DNA of 64,000 nt from Octopus sinensis (Eukaryota), in the NCBI RefSeq assembly GCF_006345805.1, contig NC_042999.1:15624001-15688000 (forward strand), written 5' to 3'. A model generated the notes under the pieces. It did not search any database. It saw only the letters and a list, made by a program, of their open reading frames with translations, and had not been told where the DNA came from. How positions within the stretch are numbered: the stretch's first letter is position 1; each line of letters begins with the position of its first letter. The position numbers were made by a program, and so were the translations under genes. This document shows positions 38,515 through 50,312 of the stretch, piece by piece.

Positions 38515-39627
38515 GCAATAATTTGCAAACTTAATGTTGTAACTATTGTGAAAAGAAATTCAGAAGACAAGACCATAAGAAAAATTAAATGTTTTAAAAC
38601 CAAAGGCTATGAAATAATGATCCCCTTCTACAAAAAGTGTGAAGGAAAACTAAAAAGAGATGTTAACCTTTACAAAAAATCTAGTGTCAATAATAAGCAG
38701 AGTTTATTGAGAGGGTAGCCTTCAATATACTGAGTAAAAATACACAGAAACCATGATTAGTCTAAAAAAAAAAAAAATGAAAACATAGAACCCTTTTAAA
38801 CCAAAAGAATAGGTTGTTTCTAATTCTAATTCAGCTGTTTCAGAGGATGTCTCCTAAAAGAGACTAACAAAATTGTAGACAAGTCCATTTCAGATATTCA
38901 AAGATGTGGGTAGAGTAAATTAGCCATTTATGTATCTTACTTAATGTATATGCGCTGTCAATAGGTTTAGTTACTGTAGTATTTATCCTGAGATGATATG
39001 TCTTAAGGACTTACTGCGTAAAAACCACAATGAGAATTAGGGAAAGAGAAAGACTTGTCCCAGCAGCAGTTGGCAAGAATATCAGGCAGCAAATTCCAAT
39101 CTTTTCGAGGCCACATATTTGAATGGAAATTCTTTGTCTCTGATATAGGAAAAAGCGATTAAAACATTCACTGATTTTCCATATAGCTGTCTGGCTGATT
39201 AAATATCTGATATGTGAAATTGAAAGAGTATTTAATTAAAACAGCCTTACTTAATGTATACATGATCATACTTTATGTATACTTAATGATCATACTTAAT
39301 GTATACGTCGGCTAGACACCTCCACTTGAAAATTGCTGGCCTTATGCCTAAATCTGAAACCAAAATTTAGGCTGCTGAATTGGCAGAACTGTAAGAGCAT
39401 CAGATAACATTTCCTTGCAGTATTTACCTACAGTTCGTTACATTCTGGGCTCTAATCCCATGGAGGTCAACTTTGGATTTTGTCCTTCTGGGGGAGGAGT
39501 ACATTAATAAAATAAAGTACCAGTCATGCCCACGTTAGAATTACTGTATTTAATAGCACATAAAATATACTTTTTCTTCAAGAAAAAGGTCACCAAAATA
39601 GCCCCAGTCTATTTTACAAGATTTAAT

Positions 39628-39788
39628 GCACAGAGTTGCTGAAGCATGGAATAAACTGCCTGCATCAGTTGTTGACTGCCATGACACTGCATCCTTTAAG
39701 GCCCTCATGCTTTCCGAAATCCGCCGAAACTACACCTGATTATATATACACTTTAGATGAGTTGTAGTGCACCTGAGCACTGTACACA

Positions 39789-39818
<30 letters not shown>
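39628..39818 (+). mobile_element. CR1-type LINE 3' end with (ATT)n tail
   Basis: RVAEAWNKLPASVVDCHDTASFK then a stop, short UTR and (ATT)n. Confidence 0.8.
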
Positions 39819-39820
<2 letters not shown>

Positions 39821-39864
39821 AGGAAAAGCAAAGTCTAATAGAGATTGGCACCATTGACGTTGCA

Positions 39865-39998
39865 ACTCATTTCTACAGCTGAGTGAACTGGAGCAATGTG
39901 AAATAAAGTGTCTTGCTCAAGACAACCCAGTCTGGGAATCGAACTCACTACCTCATGATTGTAAGCCTGATGCTCTAATCATATAGCCATGCACCTTC
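39865..39998 (-). mobile_element. Family D/E SINE 5' fragment
   Basis: tRNA-like head plus CTTGAGCAAGACACTTTATTTCAC CORE-like segment. Confidence 0.7.
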
Positions 39999-40171
39999 AC
40001 ATATGTATATGTATACCTATACATACATATATGTCATCATCATAGTCATCATTGTTTAATGTCCACTGTCCATGCAGGCATGGGTATATATATATATAAT
40101 ATATATATATATACAAAACATTTCACTGCACTTGTCAATCTGTCTCTGAATACACATAGACATCATACATT

Positions 40172-40612
40172 TGTACAGGCCTGGCTGAATGATTAACAAG
40201 TTTGCTTTCCAACCACATGATTTCGGGTCCAGTTTCACTGCATGGCACCTAGAGAATGTGTCTCCTACAACAGCTCTGGATTGACCAAAACCATGTGAAT
40301 GGATTTGGTGCACACAAACTGAAAGCCCATCATATATGTATATATGTATTTGCATGCAAGTCAGTTTAAGCATATGTATCTTTGTGTCTCCTTGTCTTGA
40401 TGTAGCATGATTATTGTAAATCAATTTCATTCATTTCCAGTATTCTGCAAAAACATGTCTGGCCATGGGGAAATATTACATTGCTTGGAAACATGTTATG
40501 GTTTGTAACAGGAAGGGCATCCAGCTGTAAGAAATCTGCTACAATAAAACTCTATCTGACTCATGCAAACATGAAAAAAAGTGGACATTAAAATAATGAT
40601 AATGATGATGAT
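40172..40612 (+). mobile_element. SINE family F (family A head, RTE-type tail)
   Basis: A-type 5' half, then CAGGAAGGGCATCCAGCTGTA...(GAT)n. Confidence 0.75.
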
Positions 40613-41648
40613 AACATAATTACGTACAGTATGTACACACACACACACATGCATGCACGCGTGCATGACTTAAAAAGAAAAACAGTTTTCTTTGAGTATT
40701 TTATTAATCTATTTCTGACTGTCAGCCTCTCTTTCTCTCTCACTACATTTTTTTTTGTTATAATATGTCTGATTTACAAATCCTTTTAATTTGAAAAAAA
40801 CTTACTTATTCAAAAAAAAACAAAAAAACTCTGATTTCCACAAATACATAAATTTTAAATAAAACTTGAACATTACAATGATGAGATCAATTAAGATCAA
40901 AATACATATATGTTATTGGAATTCTATTATAATTATTACAGAGGAAAAAAAAAAAAATTAGATAAAACATCATTCAGCAATTGAAATATAACAATTATTA
41001 TTGCTGCCAAACAAGTAAATACGAAACAGATCCTCTCTTTTTACAAAATAATTTCAGATAATCTGACAGAACACCAATTACAATAACCAGAAACAAGTCA
41101 ATAAAACTATGTGGCAAACACACCATGCAACTATTGAAAAATTATAGGGTTTGTGATGGATGCTCTTTCAAATGAATTGAAGGCTAACAGTAATAAAAAT
41201 TCATAACTTTGAATGAGATTATTTAAAAAATGAGAATATTTCGAAATTGCACACGAGAAAAAAAAAAAAATTATGAATAACAATTATTTCTTTATTAGAA
41301 TTCTTTATTACAACTAGATTTTGTAAAACAATAATTCAAAATTGTTTTCCTTGTTTTTGTTTTTTTTGTTTTTAAAATCAACTTGCAAGAGATAAAACAC
41401 AAAACATTTAAACTCAGAAAAACCAAACTTCATACAGTGATGACCAAAACAAGTGCTTCTCCTCATGGTAATTAGTCCACTAAAATTAACAAACAAATAT
41501 CCTTCAAACCAAAGCTTACTGCTTTAAATAATAAAAGAACACTTTAAACACTCTTAAAAAAAGACTGGTTGGTCTCAGGTAGAATGCTTTAGATATATGT
41601 CTGTTCAGTCAGAGTTGACTTGGGGGTTAACCAGCAACAGCAACAATA

Positions 41649-41835
41649 GGAGGCGCAATGGCCCAGTGGTTAGGGCAGTGGACTCGCGGTTGTAAGAATG
41701 TGGTTTCGATTCCCAGACCGGGCATTGTGGGTGTTTATTGAACAAAAACACCTAAGCTCCACAAGGCTCCAACAGGGGTGGAGGTGAACCCTACTGTAGT
41801 CTTTCACCACAACTTTCTCTCACTCTTTCTTCCTA
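41649..41835 (+). mobile_element. tRNA-derived SINE 5' part (family D-related)
   Basis: GGAGGCGCAATGGCCCAGTGGTTAGGG A-box and GTTTCGATTCCC B-box. Confidence 0.75.
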
Positions 41836-43099
41836 CTTCTGTCACAAAGCAGAGGAACCATGGTGTAACCCACTCTGGTGTGGTAAAACTTTCAGACTCT
41901 AGTCTAGATTGCGAATCCTTTGTACCCCAGGATGGTTCAGCTCTCCACCCATTAAAAGACACCGTTTACAGAATGAGGATAACAATGTAGCTTTTGTGCC
42001 CATGCAACTGCCCGTCTTTCGCGTGTGGTGGGTGGATCTTAAAGTTGCCACACGCATTCTTAGTAGCTTAGAGTAGGCTCAAATTAGAGGTTATTCTTTG
42101 TGGCTAATGGTGTGAGTCCTGATTGGAAGAAGAAGAAGAAGAAGAAGACGATGATGATGACGATGACAGCAACAACAATATCATGTTGCAAAGCAATTAG
42201 TTTATATTACTGCAATGTCTGAGATCTCTATCCTAAACACAACAGTCATACGAACAGTCTTATCCAAGCTCTAAAAATGAAAGAACATTTTTTTTCTCAT
42301 AAGTGCGAGAAAGTTATTTAGTAAGCATAAGCGTGATAAAAATGAAATGAAAGTAATTCTGCAGTCTATCAGATTAAAGACAAAGGTGATGGAAATAGTT
42401 GACTGTGTATCAAAACGAAAAAGATTACTTTTAACATTTTCACTCTAATCCAAAACTCAGTAATCAAAATGATATTAGTTTCAAAATAATTAAATATACA
42501 TTATTGCAATATCAAATATAAACTGATATTATTGATTAATAAACCAACGATAAAATGCAACAGTGATCGAAAATGAAATTTCTGTTTTATGTTTCTGAAA
42601 TGCTAAACTACTTATTATTAAAATAAAGTACTTTTTATCATATTTGATCAGAAATTTAAATTATATACCCTATACAGATATACAACCTGTTTACACATAC
42701 ATATCTTTACAGAGACTATATACATTTCAAGTCAATAATGGAAAGTCTATGTGGTCAGGTGACCTGCTAGAAACATCAACCAAATCTTCCTTAAAAAGAA
42801 GGACAAATTGGATAACGTAGCCTGAGACACATTTTGATCATTCATCTGTTCAATTACTGCTATTCCAAGGCTAAACAGCATATAGATGTTATATAAATGG
42901 AAATATAAATACAAACTCATTTATAAGGATATTTCAAACATAAATTACAATAAACAACTCTCAAGAGTAATAGTGAGGCAATGAATACGATGTCACCAAG
43001 ACTATTAATGTAAATCAGGGTACGGTTGTGATTCATCAGAAAGTCACTAAAATTCTACAGCTCCTGCACTTCCTAGCACACACTGATGTATTTAATATA

Positions 43100-43316
43100 T
43101 ATGTATAGTTAATCCAAACATGAAAACACAAAGACAAAACACAACAACACGAGGATGTGGAACAAGTACTGTGTTATTGGACTTCAGGAAAGGAATGAAA
43201 GAAGGAGGATTTAACGTTTCGAGCGGAGCTCTTCGTCAGAAACATAGGAAAAAGAAAGATCCAAGGAAGGGAAGATGGAGGAAAAAGATTGCCAATGGTA
43301 CACAGGCAGTCACAGA
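43100..43316 (-). mobile_element. Penelope-like terminal-repeat fragment (second family)
   Basis: T-rich sense strand surrounding an intact hammerhead motif. Confidence 0.6.
43209..43243 (-). ncRNA. Minimal type I hammerhead ribozyme, intact core
   Basis: GTTT-CTGACGA-A-GAGC-TCC-GCTC-GAAAC-GTT-AAAT: loopless palindromic stem III, GUU triplet. Confidence 0.8.
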
Positions 43317-43489
43317 CAAAGAACAGGTGATGATCAGTAACAATAGAGTAATATATTAAACCTCTTTGCCACCACCTTCTCTTCTTTCCATTCAGTGTGG
43401 GGTAACTGTTATCTCTTCTACAGCAAGACAGCTGTTTCGATCCCTCTATTATACTTTTATAGCTCATTACCTGCTATAAAGTAATCTAT

Positions 43490-43735
43490 TACGATACTGC
43501 ACCCACCTGAGTTGAGGGCATCTTGTCTTGTGAGTTACTTGGTGACCTCACAAGAGTCAGAACTATGCAAAAAGCATCCTGTACTCTCTGGGAAGCGTCT
43601 GGCATTAAGAAGGGTATCCAACAACAAAAACGATGCCAAAGCAGATACTGAAACTTGGCATAGAGCTCTGGCTTATTGTCTCCTGACAACCCATGCTAAT
43701 ATGGAAAATGGATATTAAACAATGGTGATAATGAT
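43490..43735 (+). mobile_element. Old RTE 3' UTR fragment
   Basis: GGCATTAAGAAGGGTATCCA...CCCATGCTAATATGG...degenerate (GAT)n. Confidence 0.6.
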
Positions 43736-44214
43736 TCTAAATTCAAATCTTGTTATGCTTTTCTTTCCAATGCTCCAGGGCTTGTGTAACAAGTACCAGA
43801 AATGTAGACTGACCAATTCAATTGACTATACTCGTTTCTGACCTCATGCTAAAGTTTGAAGTCTGTGTATTTAGTATATTACAACTGTCTATTCATACCA
43901 TACTCTCAAAAAGTTTTGCTATATATATATTACAATTATCACCAACTTTCTCAATTTCTTAAGAGATGCTTGAAAATGTGGTTGGGGGTAAAATAGCAAT
44001 TACTGATGAATAAATTTCATCTTGACACTAAACTAGTCTACTTGGTGTAGTTATTTAAGTAAAAAGGTGTAAGAACGTAAAACATGTTTATCTAGTTACA
44101 TAACAGATTAGATTACACAGGAATGTCAAAAATAAGTAGCAAATTCATATTTGTTGCAGAGAGATTCTAAATGTTAAGATTAATCTACTAGATATCATAT
44201 TTATTATTAATGTG

Positions 44215-44576
44215 GGGAGCCAGTAGAATTATCAGTGCATCAGACAAATTGTTTAGTGTAATTTTTTCTGGTACTTTATATTCTGAGCTGAAATCCTGCC
44301 AAGTTCACCTTTGCTTTCTGTCCTTTCAGGATCAATAAAATAAAGTACCAGTCAAACCATAGGGTCAATGTAATTGACTTGTTGCCCCCATTTAAAACTG
44401 CTCAACTTGTGCCAAAATTGAAAAAATTTGTTATTATTATCATTTCTGCCGAGGTCAACTTTCCCTTTCATCCTTTCAGGGTCGATAAATTAAGTACCAG
44501 TGAAATACTGGGGTTGATGTAATCGACTAGTCCCCTCCCCATAATTTCAGGCCTTGTGCTGATGGTAGAAAGGTTT
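44215..44576 (+). mobile_element. Two family B-type SINE copies (old full copy, then younger 5'-truncated copy)
   Basis: CCTTTCATCCTTTCAGGGTCGATAAATTAAGTACCAG core; (TTA)n tails. Confidence 0.8.
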
Positions 44577-46310
44577 ATTATTATTATTATTATGAGCTTT
44601 TCTTCTTCCAGTTTCAATTCCATTTCTTGCTGAGTGTCTTGCGGACACCTAGGGCAAAGGAACTCATTGTAGACACTGACAGAACATTAAAATAAACAAA
44701 CCAGATTGTTCATTTACAAAATTAAATGACTTTATGTAGAAAAAAAAATTACATGGGTGGTAACTGTTGTTGTTCTTTTTCTTCTTCTTATCATCATCAT
44801 CATCCTTATCATCATCATCATCATTCTCCTTTTGTTCTTCCTGTTTTATTTCCTGTAGGGTCAGGCCCAAACTATGAGCCTGGGACATTACAAAGAATAT
44901 ATCACTTGACTGATAGCACTTTCCACTCTCCATAGAAGCATGATATTCTGGTCCTCAAGAACATCACCTTGGTCCAGATAGGGTTGGTGAACTTTTCCAT
45001 TTCTTCCTTCATGAGTTCTAGTACTCTAATGATCACAGGGAATATTTTGGTCTTCATATTCCACATCCTATTGATTTTGATCCCCAGGTCTTTGTACTTG
45101 ATATTGATGCCACACTTGTTGATTTCAATCTCTCTATCAAGATGGTGACATCATTGTTGCCGGTGATCATGTTTGGTTGATGTTTCTACCATTTCTTAGA
45201 TGTCTTCAACACATTTTTCAGTGTAGGTACATTGCTACTTTGTTCTACCCGTAGATGTACTTGGTCTTTGTTAGTTGATGGTTTCTTTCTATTGTCCACA
45301 AATGCTGCATTCTGAATATTTGTTCCATCTCGTTAAATCTGGCTAATTAAATCTAAATTTGCTGCATCTTGTTAAATCTAGAGCAGTGATTATCAGACCA
45401 TTTGTCTCTCCTTTCAGTCATGCCCGCATCCTGCACCCATTTGCACTACTTTCATGCATTACTTTGTCCCACAATCCTTGTTTTGTGCAGCTGAAACCAG
45501 TCATGATATTTTGCATTCTACTTCATTTGTTTGGCATAATTGGTTGTTACCTCATTTTCTGCCGATGGAAATTCTTTCTTTCTTTCTGATGTTTTACAAT
45601 TATCATCATCATCATTATCGTTTAACGTCCGCTTTCCATGCTAGCATGGGTTGGACGATTTTGACTGAGGGCTGGCAAACCAGATGGCTGCACCAGGCTC
45701 CAGTCTTGATCTGGCAGGGTTTCTACAGCTGGATGCCCTTCCTAACGCCAACCACTCCGAGAGTGTAGTGGGTGCTTTAGAAGTTTTTTTTTCTATCAGG
45801 TATGCATTCAACTCAGTAGTGATAGCTTTGAAGGTTAGCTCAAGCTGAATTAGATCTCATGCTTCTTAAGTTCTTGGTACATACAACCTATCAACATCTA
45901 CTTTCAGATAGTACATCTTCTCCAAGGTCAGCATCCTTCTTGTGTTGGTGTTTGGTCTCTTGATGTCATTTGGTTTCCAGCTGATAATGTTGAAATTAGT
46001 TGTCACTACAGGCACTGCTAGGGTGTTAATAACTTTAGATATTTCAGCTGCATTCAGTTCACGTCTTAGAATCATTCCGACCTTCCTATTATGCTCTCTC
46101 TCCCTGCAGATTTTCTTCATTGCTGAATACTGTATGCCATCTTCTTCCTTCAATCCAAGTCACATGTATGTGCTATCTTATTAATGTTTCTTGATCTCAG
46201 AGTGTCAATATTAAAGTTTAGGTTTGCAGTTTTGGACAGTTTTCCTCTCTTAAAGGGGACTTAAACACAGTGATTCCACACTCCATACTGGTATCATCTT
46301 GATGATGGAG
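44577..46310 (-). mobile_element. R4/Dong-like relic(s) with (TAA)n tail, interrupted by an RTE tail
   Basis: ILRRELN...VINTLAVPVV...TRRMLT...DVDRLYVPR, KGETNGLII and KYKDLGIKINRMWNMKTKIFPVII; tail (ATA)n near 44577-44592. Confidence 0.8.
45601..45778 (-). mobile_element. RTE LINE 3' UTR fragment (family C)
   Basis: Match to 26950-27123. Confidence 0.9.
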
Positions 46311-47087
46311 AGTAGACCTATCTGTTTATTAAAAAAAAAAAGCATGAAATTTTAAGTACCTATTAATAGTAGGTTTAATATTAGCTAATAACTTCCACCT
46401 AAATGGTTTTGTCAAGACATTATACATATCTGATTGTTTATATTACTTTGGAGATATTTTATCTAACAATCAAAAACCCCTAAGACTGATTTCATACATT
46501 TAGTTTAAAGGCAATATGTCTGGATTAAGATTTAAAGAGTTAATGCTGGAAAAGGTTACTTTATTATTTATGCTGAGTTGTTTATGGTTTAGCTGGTTTT
46601 ACCTTCTTTCAAAAGGTCATTTAAATAATAAATATAAGCTTAGATAAACTGAATGTGTTCAAGTAGGATTTTCATCAATGATGCATTTTTAATACTTCAG
46701 AATAGGAATTGCAGATCCAAATAAAATATTTAAATATTAATAATATTTAAACATTATTTGCTTAGACATTTCCAATCAAGTTGAAATGGGAAAAAAAATC
46801 TAATAAAACTTGTTTGCATTAACCAAACATATATAAAAACATCTGGAAAAATCTTCAGATATAGTCTGCAAAATAAATAGTTATTTTACAAAATTTGTAA
46901 TATAGTATGCTGATTTAAAAAATTATTAAACTTCTATGAATATAAAAATGTAAATATTTAATCCATAACAGATAATATTTTTAACTGTACAGGAATTATT
47001 TGCAATAAAAACAAATACCCCAAATATCAGCATCATGTGGTGTTACACTGTATACATATGATTTAAAATTACATAAAAACTACCCAC

Positions 47088-47202
47088 AAATTAGAAATTT
47101 TCTGGGTGGTAGACACATTGCACTGTCCAGTTTAATACCATCACTTGGCCCATAAGTGCCTTCAGTGGACTTTTCTCTGTTGTAAGCACTTAGACTAGAG
47201 TT
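47088..47202 (-). CDS. Probable internal coding exon (115 nt) of the unidentified minus-strand gene
   Basis: ctgctttccag acceptor and gtgggt donor; open frame NSSLSAYNREKSTEGTYGPSDGIKLDSAMCLPPRKFLI; GC-richer than its flanks. Confidence 0.5.
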
Positions 47203-47473
47203 CTGGAAAGCAGTTACTTTGTCTCATCTATGAACCATAATTCCTTCACATTTTCCTTTATACTTTTCCATGGTACCAAAATTATTATTCAGTTAAAAAT
47301 CTCTTTATACTTTAACATAGTTCAGAAGGCATGTATAAAACCTTTTCTGCAAAAATCTGTCATCACAATACATCTAGTCTTCTGGTCAAATCAAGGAAAT
47401 TAAGTTCCCATTTTTTCCCAATTACTGAATATTACTGGGTGCAATTTCTGACAGAAGTGTCACCAGCTAACCA

Positions 47474-47618
47474 GCCTGGCTAGCTCAGTCCGTAGAGCAC
47501 GAAACTCTTAAACTCGGAGTCGTGGGTTTGAGCCCCACGTTGAGTGAAGCTATTTTTAATGGCATGCCCCAGCATGGCCACAGCTCGTGAGCTGAAACTA
47601 GATGTAATGAAATGAAAA
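47474..47618 (+). mobile_element. tRNA-Lys(CTT)-derived SINE (probably the octopus OK family) with CR1-type tail
   Basis: 47474-47546 aligns to eukaryotic tRNA-Lys-CTT with several substitutions; followed by GCCCCAGCATGGCCACAGCTCGTGAGCTGAAAC. Confidence 0.85.
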
Positions 47619-47729
47619 TATCTAGTTCCTTATTGGCAAGAATTGAGATTTGAATTAAAAATTCACAGAGTGAGCAAGAATAGATACTATAAAGCATATT
47701 GTCTGACACTTAGGAGTTCAGCCAATCCA

Positions 47730-48100
47730 CTCCCATTAAATGATATTTCTTTTACTGACCCCAAACAGAAGAAAGGCAAAGCTGACATTGACAGGATTTG
47801 AACTCAGACATCAGGGGTTTGGCACTAATATTACAACGCATTCAATCCATGCTGTTATAATACTGCTAACTTACAACCTAATAATGATTCCAAATTTTAG
47901 CACGAGGCCAGCAATTTTTGGGGAAGTGTGTGAGGCAGTTACATGAATCCCAGTGCTCAACTGGTGTTTATTTTATCAAACCCGAAAGAATGAGAGGCAA
48001 AGTCAATCTCAGAAGAATTTGAACTCAGAATGTAAAGATGGACAGAAGGCCACTAAGCATTTCACCTGACATGCTAACCATTCTGCCACCTTGCTACCTT
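47730..48100 (-). mobile_element. Old family B-variant SINE copies
   Basis: Degenerate core present twice. Confidence 0.7.
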
Positions 48101-48978
48101 AACTAACAACCTAATTATAACAACAATAACATAATAAAGCACAGTTTCAGATAATTTAAAATACTTTCTTAATTATTCCCATCAACAGAATGCCAATCTT
48201 ACTAAGACTTAAGAACTAAAGTAGGGCAATTAATGTAAAGAACTTAAATAATTATTTCTTAAAATAGCATTCCCTAAACACGTTCTACATAAAAAAGCAA
48301 CAACATACATTTCAATAAGGATTATGATATGCAAATATTCTAAGATGCTGGGTCACCAATCAGGATGTTGATGAAAGACAGAAATAGTGTTGATAAGATA
48401 AATATATATATCAGATTTGTCCAACTTATGCCAGCTTGAGCAAAGCTGACTGATGTCAGAAGGAGAGCAATGATGATGACAATGTTGATAAATGGAAAAT
48501 AAGCCAAATATATGTCTAAACACTTAAAAACAGAATGATTTTTATTAGTTCAGTTAGTGATTTTAATAGATAATTTTATGGTACTTTGATGACTAGTAAT
48601 GACCAATTCTGTGTGAAAGGTGTGATAAAATGAAACTAAAGAATGAATAACAAACCAGAAAGTTACTATAAATATTACAATTTATTGGTCTGAGCTTGCT
48701 TAATGTTTCAGCAATTTAAAGTTATTTCAATGATTCCTTGAGGTATTCTTAATATAATAAAGTAACTGTGGTGGTTCTCTCGTGTTATTAGTTATAGAAC
48801 AGATTTGGGATGTGACTTGATTGGTTGCCCCTCTTGAGAATTACCAGCTCTTATTAATAGTTTAATTTTACTGAAAATCTGGTGTGTTCACATGTGACTG
48901 CATATGCGCTTCCATGGTGTGTATGTACATGCATATGAATTTACATGATGCATTTGTGTATGTATGTGTGAGTGCATG

Positions 48979-49012
<34 letters not shown>

Positions 49013-49469
49013 TCATGCATGTTTGTGTGTGGGTGTGTACGCACGTGCATGTGTTATGCCACTGCCAATTCAATCAGCAAATGAATTAGAATTGAATGAT
49101 ATAGTGTGAACATTTTAAGTTGCACTAAAGTGCCATGACTTGAACGGTTGTCAACACAGAGCTTTGAAATTCTGTTCTAGTTATAATTAAATCAGGAATT
49201 TCAAAATATTAACAAAGATTTCGTTTCCAATGTTTCAATAATTTAGAAATTAATCATGTGGCATTCAACATTTAAATGAAGCCATATTGTGTCACATTTA
49301 ATACTGTTAAACTACAAGGCTTAACCTCTTGAAAACAATTGCAACCCCCCCCACCAAAAAAAAACCAGTTAGGGAGCTGAAAAAGTGGAATATCATTAAA
49401 TGGTGTTCTTTAGGGTACACTTGCAGGGTTTATGCACCAAACACATTTGTTAAAAAATTTAAATATAAT

Positions 49470-49820
49470 CAGGCAAAGTTGTGTTGTAAGAAGTTTGCTT
49501 CCCAACCACAAGGTTCCTGGTTCAGTCCCACTTCATGGCACCTAAGACAAATGTCATTTACTGCAGCTGCTCTGGGCCAACCAGAGCATTGTGTGTGGAT
49601 TTGGTAAATGGAAACTGAAAGAAGCCCATTGCATGCGTATGTGTGTTTATCTCCCACCATTGCTTGACAACCAGTGTTGATTTGTTTACCTCTCTGTAAC
49701 TGAGCAGTTTGGCAAAAAAGAGCCTGGTAGTATTGGGGTTGATTTGTTTGATTTAACCATAAAAGGTGGTGCCCCAGCATGACCACAGTAAAATAACTGA
49801 AAATGTAAAAGATGAAAGAT
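49470..49820 (+). mobile_element. SINE family A (old)
   Basis: Diverged match. Confidence 0.85.
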
Positions 49821-49929
49821 AAATTCTGCTAATAAGAGCAAGTATCCATCAACAGCAAAAATACTTTTCCTTTCTCAGTGTCTTCTATTCATTTGCTTTG
49901 TTTCAAGGAATATTTTAGTAAAGTATTTA

Positions 49930-50312
49930 GGTACAGGCATGGTTGTTTGGTTAAGATGTTCACTTTGGAATCATGTTGTTTCAGATTCAGTCCCACTGCA
50001 GGGCACCTTGAGCAAGTGTCATCCACTATAACCCTGGATGGACAAATGTCTTATAAAATCTGATAGAAACTGTGTGGAAGCCTCTTGTACATGTGTGTGT
50101 GTGTGTTTGAGTCTGTTTGTCACATCTGTTCCACCACTTGACAACCAATGCTGGTTTATTTACATCTCTGTAACTTAGCAGCACTGTGAAAGAGTACCAA
50201 ATACTAAAAAAAATTTTAAGTATTGAGGTTGATTTGTTCAATTAAAGAAATCTTTCAGAGCAGTGCCCCAGCATGGCCACAGTCCAATGACTGAAACAAG
50301 TAAAAGACAAAA
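49930..50312 (+). mobile_element. SINE family A (old)
   Basis: Diverged match. Confidence 0.85.

Noticed and set aside
47474-47546. Functional tRNA-Lys gene
   Set aside because: Substitutions in the D arm, anticodon stem and T loop (GTTTGA), plus an attached LINE-type tail, indicate a SINE.
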